Of a stretch of DNA of 64,000 nucleotides, positions 12,481 to 25,289 are shown one piece after another. The notes under the pieces were generated by a model. It had not been told where the DNA came from. It saw only the letters and a program-made list of their open reading frames with translations, and searched no databases. This DNA is from Octopus sinensis (taxonomy: Eukaryota). The translations under genes were made by a program, and so were the position numbers. Numbering within the stretch: position 1 is the stretch's first letter; every line of letters starts with the position of its first letter. The DNA is taken from the NCBI RefSeq assembly GCF_006345805.1, contig NC_042998.1, forward strand, positions 109,244,001 through 109,308,000. The letters run 5' to 3'.

Positions 12481-12935
12481 TTAATAACTCTTCTTACTGA
12501 CTATATATCATCTTTTATATTGCATCTCATTTCTGATAAAACTATTTGCTTTCGTTTTGTTTCCTAATCAATTTTTAAAATTTTTTCCAAACAAGAATTT
12601 TTATTTCAAGTTCATTATTATCTTTTCCAAGACCATTCTTATTTATTGCATACTATTTCTAAATTTTATCTGAAAAGGGGATTTTTTGATAATTAAAAGT
12701 GAATCCCTTCATTACAACTATCAATTGTCTCTTTAGCATAAATTATATTTTGGAAAGAAAACAAAGCAAAATTCAGAAAACAAAAGAAAAAAACAATAGA
12801 AAAAAGAAAATGATTTAAAATTAACTTCTAACAATCAACATAAAACAATCAACTAATGATTCTTACTTTCAGATTCTCATCTACCTCTGCCATCTATCTC
12901 ATCAAATATATTCTTGATTACACCTCAAGCATCCA

Positions 12936-12985
<50 letters not shown>

Positions 12986-13789
12986 CTCTCTCTCTCTCCT
13001 TCTTCCTCATTTGGAATATCAAAAATAAAACTCTCCAATGTTATTTATCTAAAAAAGAACAATAAATTTGGTTAATCAAAACTTACATATTCTATTTGAA
13101 AACACAGCTTTCTTCTTCTTCTTCTTCTTCTTCTTCTTCTTCTTCTTCTTCTCCTCCTCCTCCTCCTCCAAGTATGTGTTCCTACCCTGTACCCTGTACC
13201 CTAGTTAGATGAACTACCCTCAATGTTGTGCGTAAATTGGTTTCAACTATCTACCCAAGCTTGCAAATTAACCAGCAGTGTTCGCCTGTAAAACTATTTC
13301 TACTGTCCCCTCTGCATGTATCTACTGTTTTGTATGGATGTAGGAAATCAATATACCTGCCAAATATACTTTAAAAAGAAAGAAACAAAAACACCTATGA
13401 CAAATGTCTGTTTGTTGTTTTTCAAATTGAGAGCATCTTTCAGACTTGGAGGGGGTATATATTTATTTCTTTCTTAAACAAAACATTTCACTTTAAAATT
13501 CTTTAGTTCTTCAGGAATTTTTAATGAAAGAGAAAACGTCTTTGTTATCTTAATTGTGTTTCATATGGCAAAAATTAGAGGTAAGTTCTTGATAATATGG
13601 TATTTCTTGCATTGAACCGTTTCAATGACTGATAACCTCATTGGGAAAGACACGGATATCATAACTTTCCATTTCCTATTTTCATTTAGTCACTTGCTAG
13701 TCAAGATAATATAGTACTGTCATCACAATAACTATTCTATTTGAATTTTTAGAGCCCCAGAATAGAGCTTGCAGTATTTCTTATGATTA

Positions 13790-13930
13790 TGTTCAGAGTT
13801 CAAAATTTCTCAAAGGTCATCTTTTCTTTACATCATTTCAAGGTCAACAAAATAAAGTATCAGTCAAGTACTCAGGTCAACTTAACCCTTCCATCAAATT
13901 TGCTAACCTTGTGCCTAAATTAGAAACACT
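13790..13930 (+). mobile_element. Degenerate SINE family B
   Basis: gagttcaaaatt...catcatttcaaggtcaacaaaataaagtatcagtc...ccttgtgcctaaattagaaac. Confidence 0.6.
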
Positions 13931-16358
13931 TATCATCATCATCATCATCATCCTCATCATTATCATTATTATTATTATCATTATTATTATTATTAATATT
14001 ATTATTATTATTATTGAGTGAGAGAGCAGTGCATGCCATCAAAGTGACACAGGTACAAATATACAAAACCCAATCATGACTACCCATCTGATAATGGTAC
14101 ACTAGGCACATGCATCACAACCATATGTGCATGACATGGTGAGCTCATTATTATAATTATTATTATTATTTAGATTTAGTCTCTTATAGTTTGATTTCTA
14201 ATCTATCCCTCACATTTACTTCACCTGTCATTCCTTTGGAATTAATAAAATAGGTCCTAGTTGAATTAAATAACATTGATATTGCCTCTTCCAATCCAAA
14301 ATATGCGGATTTTTGTAATGTTAGAAATTATCTTTACAAAGCAATATAAGACAAAGAGAAATTATATTAATGAGAACATGACTATGTTTTTGTACTTTCT
14401 CATTAGATTCCAATAACCTAATTTGGTATGGGTTGGGGGAGATACGAAGACTACATATTTCTGAATCAGTAATGAGCTTCTCACCTACATCTTTTAATTA
14501 GTTTATCAGTAAGTGTGCAACTTACTTTTGATGCCAATCAGTAAAATTGACATCTTAGAAGAGAGATATATGTTATGATCCTGTTCTTTTTGTCAGTTTG
14601 TAGTAATTTTGGCCTTGAGATAAAACAAGCTGTGCAGATCTAGCCAGGTACTGAATAAAAGTAATGTATAACTCATCAGCAGTATTTAGCCACTGATAAA
14701 CAATATTAAATTGCTATCATTGTTGTTATTATTATCTATCCATGACTAAGATGTGATCCAGCAAACTTATCATCAAAAGTATTTTAGCAATGTTATTCCA
14801 TCTTTATTTTGGACATTGTGTATTTAGATCTACAATATCCAATGAATCCTTTCCTTTTTCAAGATGGAAGGCTATTATTTAAGAAACCTTTAGCTCCTGT
14901 CTTTAGCAGATTTAGCTTGTACTGGAACATTTAACAGTAATAAGATCATCTTCTTTTTCTGTATGCTTTCATTGTAAAAGGATGAGAAAGTCCATATTTC
15001 AGGTCTTTGATATATTCAAAGATAATTGTGAGGATAATCTTTTTGGCCATGTATTAGTTTAGTACAGTTGCTCTGAGATTATTTTATTTTTAAAAGCTGC
15101 ACTTTCCTTACCCAAATCAACAAAATAACTGTTCAAGCTACAAAAATTGGCAGCTAAATCTTCTTCAAATTACATGAGGAATGATATATTGGATGATGTA
15201 GTTCTGCAAAAAGATACGCTAATCATGGGTGGACTGCCTTTCATCATAAGCCTCTCCAATTAAATTGGGGTTAAACAGCAACAACAATAGTTTTCAAACA
15301 AACAATTGATAATCTTCTATATGTGACTCTCTGACCAAGACATGACCGTTCAGCCATTCACTGATGTATCTATCATGATTTATTGGTTGAAGTTTGAATC
15401 TTTTTTTCATCAGTAGTTTAATGAAATTTGTTTCAATTTTTTTTTTTTTAGATCTATGGCTGCCTAATCAACTGACAGTTATTCATCCAATCTTTGTTTT
15501 TAAAGGGTAGTGTATCAAGGTTGTTTGAATGAATTTAAGTTGAGATGTTAATTCCTTTTTTCATCTTATAACTGCAGATTTAGTTTCTGGATGGTATATA
15601 CCTTGGATGATCAGTATCTTTCTTGCTTGTAATCAGTCTACATACCATCATTTCTAAGGCATTCTATGATCTCAAATATGTGAACCAGGACTGGGATGGA
15701 AGATCTTTAATCTGGTGAACTGAATCCACTTTTGTTCATTAATCTTCTGTAATACTAAGTTTTAAAATTAACTTTCATAAGCTAATATTAGACATTTGCA
15801 TTCTTGACCCTTTGCTATACAGTATATGTATATACAGGAATACACACACACACACAAACACACACACATGCACACATGCACACATGCACACACACACACA
15901 TGCACATATGCATGTACACACTTATATATATATACAGAGAGACAGAGCGAGAGACAGACTGACAGAGACAGGGAGCAAATCAATAATAGAAGGCAAAATC
16001 AAAAAACCAACAGAAGTAGATCTCAAAGCAAATAAAGCTATAGATAATAGTGCATACATATTGGTTAAAAATCATTTCGGATAGAAAAACCCTAGCAGGC
16101 TAAAACGTCAAAGTTACTGTTGACATTATTCTTGTAATGTCATATGTGTATATCAGTATGTGTGTGTGTGAGTGTGTGTGTGCGCGTGTGAATAAATTAT
16201 TATAAACAGCCATGTGGAATGTGTTACCATAAGGAAAAAATATAATTGTCACTAAACATGACTAAAGGTGACAAGATACCTAAATTGCTAGAAATAAGAG
16301 CTAAAATGCTCTAATGCTGAAGGAAAAGCACATAAATGTGTGTATGTATATATATATA

Positions 16359-16401
<43 letters not shown>

Positions 16402-16439
16402 ATGTGTGTGTGTGTGTGTGTGGTGTGTGTGTATATATG

Positions 16440-16740
16440 TTCATAAGGGCTGTGTAATTTCCCAAAAACACTGACTTGAGAATTCCTTAGACTGAGCGTT
16501 CAGTTTCAGCTATTTCCGTAGCCTCTTCAGTAAGGACTGCTTGTTCTGCTGATTCTGAGCTTAAATGTCCCTCATATGCATACTCAAGCACCAGATCAAA
16601 CACAGAATTGCAATCCACCCCAAAATATACAGTCATTTACTGTGAAAAACTAAATCATATACGACAATTTTAGAGTATTCACTACATGTATTGCAAACTT
16701 TAGCACAGACAACAACTGATCAAATGAGTAGGCCATATAC
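16440..16740 (-). mobile_element. Hammerhead-bearing non-coding element (Penelope pLTR or retrozyme-like) between TA/TG microsatellites
   Basis: A unique ~300 bp block containing the hammerhead and bounded by dinucleotide tracts. The classification is inferred. Confidence 0.5.
16484..16536 (-). ncRNA. Type I hammerhead ribozyme, monomer-competent, GUC cleavage triplet
   Basis: Minus strand: UCCUUA-CUGAAGA-GGCUA(cggaaa)UAGCU-GAAA-CUGA(acgc)UCAG-UC-UAAGGA. All three helices pair and the core is canonical apart from a G10.1-U11.1 wobble. Confidence 0.88.
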
Positions 16741-17559
16741 TAGCTAACATAATGTTTGTGTGAGCCTCTGTGTGTGTGTGTGTGTGTGTGCATGTATGTG
16801 TTTGTGCATGTATGTGTGCATTGTGTGTGAAATTTTATGTATGTGGTTGTGTGTGAATTTGTATGCTCATATATACATGTATGCTTTGTGCATGAGGAAA
16901 TAATATATAAATATGTAAATTCTGGAAGAGATAATGTATGATCCAATCAAGGGAAGATGATAGATAATATCTATTCAAATAAATTTTTACCTTTAAACTT
17001 AATTAAATTAGTTTTTGCTTGAAGTTTTTTTTCATCTCATATCTTACCACACCCAATCTGTGTCTTATCAGCTATTTATAATGATGGCTGCAGACTGACA
17101 CAATATATATCAACATATATATTGTTGATATGAAAGTACAGGTAACCACTCCCTAAACTAATTAAATAGATAATTTAGATTCTGCCAGATTTCTTCTTCA
17201 GTTATTTATCTCAAAATGTGGGTATATACTCATAGATGCGTGCGCACACACGCACACACACATACACACTCACTCACATGCACATGCACACACACGCACA
17301 TGTACACACATGCACATACACATGCATGCACGCACACACACACACATACATACGTACATGCATACATACATTCATACATGTGTAGTGAGAGAAAGGAGTG
17401 ATTTAGGAAATCTGGATAGATACCTCCTGGCTAACAATGTATAAAAATGAGAAGTAGAATTCATATTCATTGAATCCACTGTCCTATACAAACTGTCAAT
17501 CTGAGGAAATTTATCAAGTAACCAGCTGGTGTATACAGTGCAATGTATAACAGCAAACA

Positions 17560-18330
17560 AACAAAAGAATGAAGATGATGGTATTACATATCTTTATCAA
17601 ATTGTTTATTCATATAGTCATGGATATCCTTGAAATATTTCTAGAGCATTGGGTAAGCAACTTTCCCCTTCTAGTAGATATAATAATATATTCAAAAGAC
17701 ATACCTTGAAATTTATGCATTCGACTACATCTAATCTAACAAATAATATAACAACAATTTACAGTAAAAATATTCAAATGCTATTAGTAATAACAAATGT
17801 ACTTTTAATTATTCAAATGGCAAATGTCTCTGTCCAGTATAAATATGATAATAATACTGCAGTATCACATCACATTAAAAACAATAGCATTAATAAAATT
17901 AATAAGGTTTCCTCTGATAACAAACACAATAGTGTGTGTAACTGTAGGATTCATGATAAATGTCCATTAAATAATTTATATATTAGGTATAATTTAATGT
18001 ATAAATACTCTGCTAAAACGTTGTACAAAGTCTATTATTACATAAAAGCAACTGCATCCTAAATCAAAGTTAGATGCATAATCACATACACTCATTTAAG
18101 TATATATTTAAAACGTGCATAGAACACCACATTGGCTAAATTCATCTGGGACTTTAAGGAGAAAAATATCAATTACTCATTTTCATGGGTCATAGGTATG
18201 CGCTTCCATACAAAATGGGCAAGGGTAGCTGTAATTTCTGTTCAGTAGCAGTGTTAGAAACTCTCAAATGTAAATCTAATTAATAAGCATAATGAATTAT
18301 TGATCCATTGCCTTTCCTTATCTAATAAAA
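17560..18330 (+). mobile_element. Decayed Penelope-like element, Naiad-type linker plus GIY-YIG endonuclease
   Basis: ORF 17649-18062 has IFKRHTLKFMHSTTSNL (IFNRnTlKlSYS..pN-like) and CNCRIHDKCPL...MYK...YYYIKAT (LIY/YIG equivalent). Downstream frames give TTLAKFIWDFKEK and SCNFC. Confidence 0.75.
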
Positions 18331-19555
18331 CACTCTTAAAATTCCCACTTAAAAATTCTTCTTAATTAATGGAGATAACTTACTTGATTCAAATATTATT
18401 AATGGTAGCATTCTTACCCTTTTAATTCTCTCAACTCATGCTCAAAATATTTCTTATTAACCAACAAATCATTTATTTCTAAACTAATATATGTGTTATC
18501 TAATATTACATAATATATACAATGTAACTTTTATGGATAAATTTTGCATTAAGCAGGCAGTAAAATTTGTTATTGATCCTATATTTGAATACTGCTCAAG
18601 TGTTCAATGTAATTTTTTTTATACCTAATCCAATTATAACTAACCCTAACCTATCCCCTATGTGTGTAAATGCTGTCTATTGATCTGGAGAAGACTTCTG
18701 GGCAGAGTCGGAGAGTTTATTGCAAATTTGGATATCCTGTCATGAAATATTTGCTTTAACCAGAGATCGTCTATTTTTTAAGTTCTAAATGTTTCTGGAA
18801 TTGCACTTAATCATGGATTTTATTTAACATTTAGAAAAGCCCTTTACAAGTAATTTTAGCAGTTTGCATATCAGATGATTGTCGTTTTTCCTTTTGCACT
18901 GAAAATACTCTTATTTGTATTCTCAATTAAATTCTTTAGTATGGATGGATTAATGGAATGGTGGACTCTTTTTAAAGGTTAGATCTGCTGTCGTATTCTG
19001 GAATTGTTCCAATCATAAACCCCTCCTCTTTTATTCAAAGTTGTGTCTTTTATTCAATACAGTGATGTTTAGAAAAATGGCTCATAGAGCGAGTTCTGTT
19101 ATTTTTGTTGATTTTAAACTGACCTCATTCTAAAATATTGGGAAAGTCTTTTCATAATTGCATCCGGATTCTGCACATTCATGCTGTTGGAGTGCTATTG
19201 TTAACACTGTTGTTTAGCCCTAGCTTAGTCCTATTCTTGTCAAGCTATGGTCTAAGACATTCCAAGCATGATTATCCCTACTTTCATTCACACAAAATAT
19301 ATCTAGGATTACATTGGATGTTCTTTTCTATTTACAATGTAGGATGTGATTTAAGAGCATTCAGTTGTTATTTCTAGAAGCTTCCTTTTAAGCACTGAGC
19401 TACAAACATTGTACATTTAAGTGATTATTATAGGATTCTTCAGCATACTGTTTACAGAGTTATTTTTGTTCAGCACACTCAGAATTACCCTACAATATTC
19501 ATTCATCTATCAAGATTTTGCTTGTTTTCATAAAGAGATAATTTATGGTCTAGAT

Positions 19556-19821
19556 CAGTAGTTCCCAGAGTGGCAGTACTGCCCCCTTGGGGTGGAAAGA
19601 TCCAGGAGGGGGTGTTGAAGAAAAATGGGATGATAATGGGGTGATAGATGTAAAAAAATATTAACAGGTTAATTAGGCTTACGTTTTACTTGTGAAATAC
19701 AGTTATTTTTAATTTGCTGCAGAAAATCGTCTATATTTGTGATGAGGAGGGTTATGGGGGTGTAAGGAATGTGGCCTGGGTGCCAAGAGGGCGGCAGCCT
19801 GAAAATGTTTGGAAACAACTG
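19556..19821. mobile_element. hAT/Charlie-type MITE
   Basis: TIRs cagtagttcccaga / tttggaaacaactg, with an 8-bp TSD gtctagat / gtataaat (6/8 match, NTCTAGAN-like). Confidence 0.75.
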
Positions 19822-20023
19822 GTATAAATGGATATTCAAATCATTATCTACAATTTCTTAGCAATTTCTTTAGTATATAAGAATCTTAGCTTATGCATAC
19901 ATACATGTGTATATATATATATATGTATATATGTAAGCATGCATACATGTATGTATGTATGTATGTATGTATGTATGTATGTATGTATGTATGTATGTAT
20001 GTATGTATGTATGTATGTGTGTG

Positions 20024-20079
<56 letters not shown>

Positions 20080-20146
20080 CATACATACATATATAAACTT
20101 ACTTGGAAATGGATGTGTGGCATTCAGATAAATAGTAATATAAATA

Positions 20147-20218
<72 letters not shown>

Positions 20219-20221
20219 ACA

Positions 20222-21225
20222 TATGCATATATGGGTACAGGATGTCACCAACAGTAAAAACATGAAATACAAAAACAAATGAGTTCAATATGCAAACAAG
20301 GAGAGAAACAAATGGTAAATATGGCAAGTGACATAAAGAAGGACTCTTTGTTAGTTGTTGGCTGGCTATCTACTCCCCATTTCGAGCTTTGAATGTCAAT
20401 ATGAGTCTTTGAAAACAGTTGCTCCCATAAGTACCAAAATAAAATTTGGGATTTACGGAGGGTCAAAGTTGGGAACAAAACAGGACAGTGAAGACACACA
20501 AAGAAACTGAATGAAAACAAATATGGAGTATCATTAGACCAGAACGGGTGTAAAATAATGAACGCTCGAGAAATATTTTCTTTGACAAGAGAAAAGATAG
20601 AAGAGAGAGATAGGATATAACCTGTCCTTAGGACAGTCCTGAAGAGAAAGACAGACGATGGTCACTTGTGAGCAACGAAAGAGTGGGAGAGAGAGAGACA
20701 GATAGAAAACGGTGAAGGAAGAAAAAGTAACCGATTTTATCTGTCTCTCTCTCTCTCCCTATTTTATTGCTCAAACGTGACCATCGTCCATTTTTCTTTT
20801 CCTCATGTGATCATGTTTCTTTTCTTTCAGTACCATCCTATGGACTAGACGTATCCTATCTCTCTTTTCTATCTTTTCTCTTGTCAAAGAAAATATTTCT
20901 CCAGAGTTTGTTATTTTATCCGCGTTCTGGTCTAATGACATACTATGTTTGTTTTTATTTGGTTTCCTTGTATGTCTCCACTGTCCTGTTTTTGTTCCCA
21001 AATTTGACCCTGCATAAATCTCAAATTTTATTTTGGTACTAATGGGAGCAGCTGTCTTTGAAGACTCATATGCTAGAAATGAGTAGATAGGCAGCTGACA
21101 TCTGATGAAGAGTCATTCTTTGTGTCACTTGTCCCGTTTTTCTTTTGCTTCTCTCATTATGTATTGAACTCATTTGTTTTCATATTTCATGCTGTTTACT
21201 GTTGGTGACATCCTGTGCCCATATA

Positions 21226-21230
<5 letters not shown>
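20222..21230. repeat. ~1 kb imperfect palindrome (arms ~490-500 bp) inside (TA)n
   Basis: Left arm 20222-20713 is the reverse complement of 20730-21230 (e.g. gggtacaggatgtcaccaacag vs ctgttggtgacatcctgtgccc; gtaccaaaataaaattt vs aaattttattttggtac). A partial copy lies at 44255-44420. Confidence 0.9.
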
Positions 21231-21265
<35 letters not shown>

Positions 21266-22064
21266 TATAAATATATATGCATATATATATTATTTATATA
21301 TATAATTTATATTATATATATATACATGCATATATTTGTACATATGTACATATATATGTTTGTGTGTATCTATACTTGGATGAGGTGGTACTATATAACT
21401 TTACTCTCTATTTCCCAACTATTTCCCAATGCATGTATATATCAAATGGAATTTGTGTATGTAAGTTTCATGCGGGGAATTGACTAAATTCTATGCCATA
21501 TTGGCAGACTTATACATATATATATATATATCATACATGCACACACACACACACACACACAAACACGCATACACACACAAAGAGAAATAGAGAGATAAAG
21601 AGAATACAAACCAAAAAAGCATGATTTTCAGAGATAGACCATAATTATTTCTAACAACTGTTTCATTAGGTATAAACATCATTAATTCTATAATTATGCA
21701 ATTAAGATCCATCACTAATTAATATAAATTAATATTAATTGAATTAATTTAAATCAATGTCTCTCCCCAATCATCAGGAATTTTACAAGCTATGCTAGCC
21801 ATGGGCCATTTCTGGTTTGAATATATATGTATGTGTATATTTAAAACAGGAATGCATATATATATTTATGGTTTCTATGTGTGGGTATATTTGTGACTGT
21901 GTAATGTTCATTTATGGATGTCTATACATAAGCATAGACTTATATATCTGTGTATGAACATTTATGTATATGTACATGTGCATATGTTTATGTATATAAA
22001 AATATTCATACACACATACATATATATTACAGGCTATGCAAGCCACAGGTCATTCCTGGTTTAA

Positions 22065-22101
<37 letters not shown>

Positions 22102-23371
22102 CAGTCATACAAATATAGCTAGATCGATAGATAGATATACACATAGACACATGCACACACATGCACTCACACATATGTCTATGTGTATGCATAGACATCC
22201 ACAAATATACAATACACAAATATACCCACACATAGAAAATGCTTATCATATCTAGAGAAAGCAGTTCAAATGATGACAGTTCATAATAGCACTTTCATGC
22301 TTGAAATTAAGATTGGTGGTCAGCCTTAATAATTTTTAGAACCTCTCAGATACATAACTGGCAAATCTATTTACCGCCTTGATAAGAATTTTCAGAATTC
22401 AATATGGACCATTTCAAGTTACTGGGTATGTTTATCAGGTTTTCAGATTGAAATATATGTTCAGCAAGACAAATAGTTGTTTGGAATATTTTTAGAAAAT
22501 GAATCATGATATCTGTAATATCCTTTTTGAAATCAGAAGTAGAACCAGTGTAGGATTAAGAAGAATTAAGCATTTAACAGTATATTTTTGAAGTACATTA
22601 GCACATTTGCAGTGACCATTGAGTAGAAATTTTATTTCATCCTACAACTACATTAATTTTTTCAGGCTTTCACAAAGAAGAATTCTTAGAGACTGTCAGA
22701 AAATTGCTAGCACTTGTAATTTTATGATTACCATCTATTTAATAAGTAACCTTATTACGCACTAATACGAGAATCATATATGCTGCTTTATCATTTTGTA
22801 CTATAGTCAATCATTTTTATATCTTTATCTACATTATTGTTGTGGTTATTATTATGATAATTACTTATGGTATCATAACTATTAGTACTAACATTATGAA
22901 TATAACAACTCATACCCTTGTACTGGTTACGATTATAACCAATACTAATACAGCTAATATATTCAGAGGAAAACTGTTATTGCATTATACTTGTTTAATT
23001 TAGAGTGACTAGTGGTAATTAGAATAGAAGCTAAATTATGCATAGTAGAATAAGAAGTTAAACAGGAGGCTTGCTGAATATTTGACAGTACTTATGCTAT
23101 GGTGGAAAATTGACCTTAAGTATTTTAAAAAATAAGTTTGCAATTTTCATTTTGACAGCTCTTGCAAATGGAATGTTATACCAGTAATTTCGTCAATTAT
23201 TATTCAATTGAAGGTCGTTGTTATTAATGATATAGCGGAGTCATTCCTTACCTTAGTAGGTGAATTACAGAGAGGTGTATATTTAGTATATGTGGATTGG
23301 GAAATACTATATTTCCTATAATTAATACTTGAAATACCTCAGAAGATCTTATTACTTTTAAATCTTGGATT

Positions 23372-24247
23372 TAAGGTATGTAAAAACTTCCTGGACTAGT
23401 TCTGTAGAATGCCAACACACGGTCGTGCATACAATGAGCTAGCATCAACTTTCTTGAATCAGTGTTCCAAGTGACATCACTGTGTTTGCTTTGCAAGTTG
23501 TGAAATTTGTGTTTTTGCGATCATGTGTCTGCTGTAGTCTGTGATTTTGTCATGGACAGGAACACAGTGCCAACATAAAATTTTGCATTAAACTTGGGTA
23601 TCTACTACAGAGATATAGAGCATGCTTTTACAAGCTCATGGCAATGAGGCAATGGGTCGTACGTAATGTTTCAAGCGGCACAGGTGCTTTAAAAGCAGAA
23701 GAACGTCCCTAGAAGACAATGAGCAATTTGGAAGATCTACCATGAGTGTCATCCTTGGAAATGTGGAAAAAATTCATCAGCTTGTGCATGAGGATCGTTG
23801 GAGAACAATCAATGATGTTTTGAAGCACTTGAGGAAGTACATTCGGTGAAAGCGACCAGATTTGTGCAGCACGAAGAATTGGATTCTTCATGATGACAAT
23901 GCACCCTGTCACTGAGCTCTCCTCATTCATGAGTTTCTCACCAAAAACATCACTTTTGCATCCACCTTATTCTCTAGATGAGCCCCTGCGGACTTCCATC
24001 TCTTCCCCAAGATGAAAATGCAGCTCAAAGATCACTGTTTTAATACTGTTATTGAAATCCAGAGCGAATCACAGAAGGTCTTTGATCCACTTACGGAAAA
24101 TGGCTTCCAGGCCAGATTCCAAAAGTGGCAGGAACACTGGGACCGGTGTATTGCTGTGCAAGAAGACTATTTTGAAGGAGATGATGTTAAAACTGTTAGT
24201 TTTAATTAAACATAACCAATCCAGGAACTTTTTGATATTAACTTGTA
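23372..24247 (+). mobile_element. Internally deleted mariner element (DD34D-type transposase pseudogene)
   Basis: Degenerate TIRs (aaaacttcctggactagtt / aaccaatccaggaactttt). Translates to ANIKFCIKLG...MGRT...KIHQLVHEDRWRTIND, then jumps to WILHDDNAPCH...PADFHLFPKMK...WQEHWDRCIAVQEDYFEGD. Confidence 0.92.
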
Positions 24248-25111
24248 CCAAAGTATTATATTTATTGGTTTGAATGGTGGAATAGAAACATTGTTTAATA
24301 GGTTTTTCTATTGTATGTAGTATTCTGAGCACACTTTACTGAAACGTAATTATCATTTGTAGTGAGTCTACTAGATTTAGTATTATTTTATTTTTGGAGG
24401 AATTTATAGTATTATCTGTAAATAAATCAATGAAAGATTATATTTATCTTTATCAATATTCTATTTTTATTTTTAATAAATTTACAGTGAAGTTGCCTGT
24501 TAGTATTTGTCACAGAATATTTTTTATTTACTTATAGTTTTTAATCTTATCGTTAAAAGTTGTATTGATATTTCTATGATTATTAATTTGACTATGTTAC
24601 ATTTTAAGCTTAGTATTATGCATATATTCTTGCATGATAGAGTGTAGATTCTCATTGTATTTATGATATGGATAATACAGAAAATAATTTTAGTTAGAAA
24701 CTAACAACAGTCTATGGTTAGCATAGTCCATAATATTTCTGATGATTTAGGGGAAAACATTGCTTGGAATTAATTTAATCAAAATTAATTATGTAACTTA
24801 ATTACATGATTATAGAATTAATAGTGTTTATTCTGACTGAAACAGCTGTTGAAAATAATTGAATTATGATCAATAAGTGAATTCAATGCTTTTCTTATTT
24901 TTATTCTAAGTATGTTATGCTCTTGAGAATCATTGAAACTGATTATGTATTTACACGCAAGCTTTTCCTGCTTGGGTTTGCTGCTATGCTATAATGTGTT
25001 GGGGTTTAATGACCCTATTATTAATTAAGCTCTTGATTACTGTGGTTATATATATTTTTAATGCTTTCTACATCATCTTGATATATATATATATATATAT
25101 ATACATATACA

Positions 25112-25215
25112 CAAGCAGAAAGACCTGGTTACACTCAGGTTATAAACTCATAGCCTTAATACGGGTAGACAGACAGACAGACAGATAGATGGATGGATGG
25201 ATGGATGGATGGATG

Positions 25216-25289
<74 letters not shown>

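Noticed and set aside
17930-18250. Selenoprotein-type Naiad element (UGA at Cys positions)
   Set aside because: The visible conserved Cys codons are TGT, with no in-frame TGA at those positions.
18641-18651. taaccctaacc as an interstitial telomere
   Set aside because: Under two units long, and more likely part of the PLE 3' region.
19828-20265. Long ORFs rich in YI/CV/HT/MYVC repeats (also 26703-27092, 44649-45068, 55885-56241 and others)
   Set aside because: They are translations of (TA)n, (TG)n, (TATG)n and (GATA)n microsatellites that lack stops by composition.
21070-21125. CTGATGA in the 1 kb palindrome arm (also 44375-44382 on the minus strand) as a type II hammerhead
   Set aside because: A GAAA lies upstream, but no convincing stems I and III can be formed.
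24735-24765. CTGATGA...GAAA motif
   Set aside because: No stem II or stem I pairing, so a chance match.
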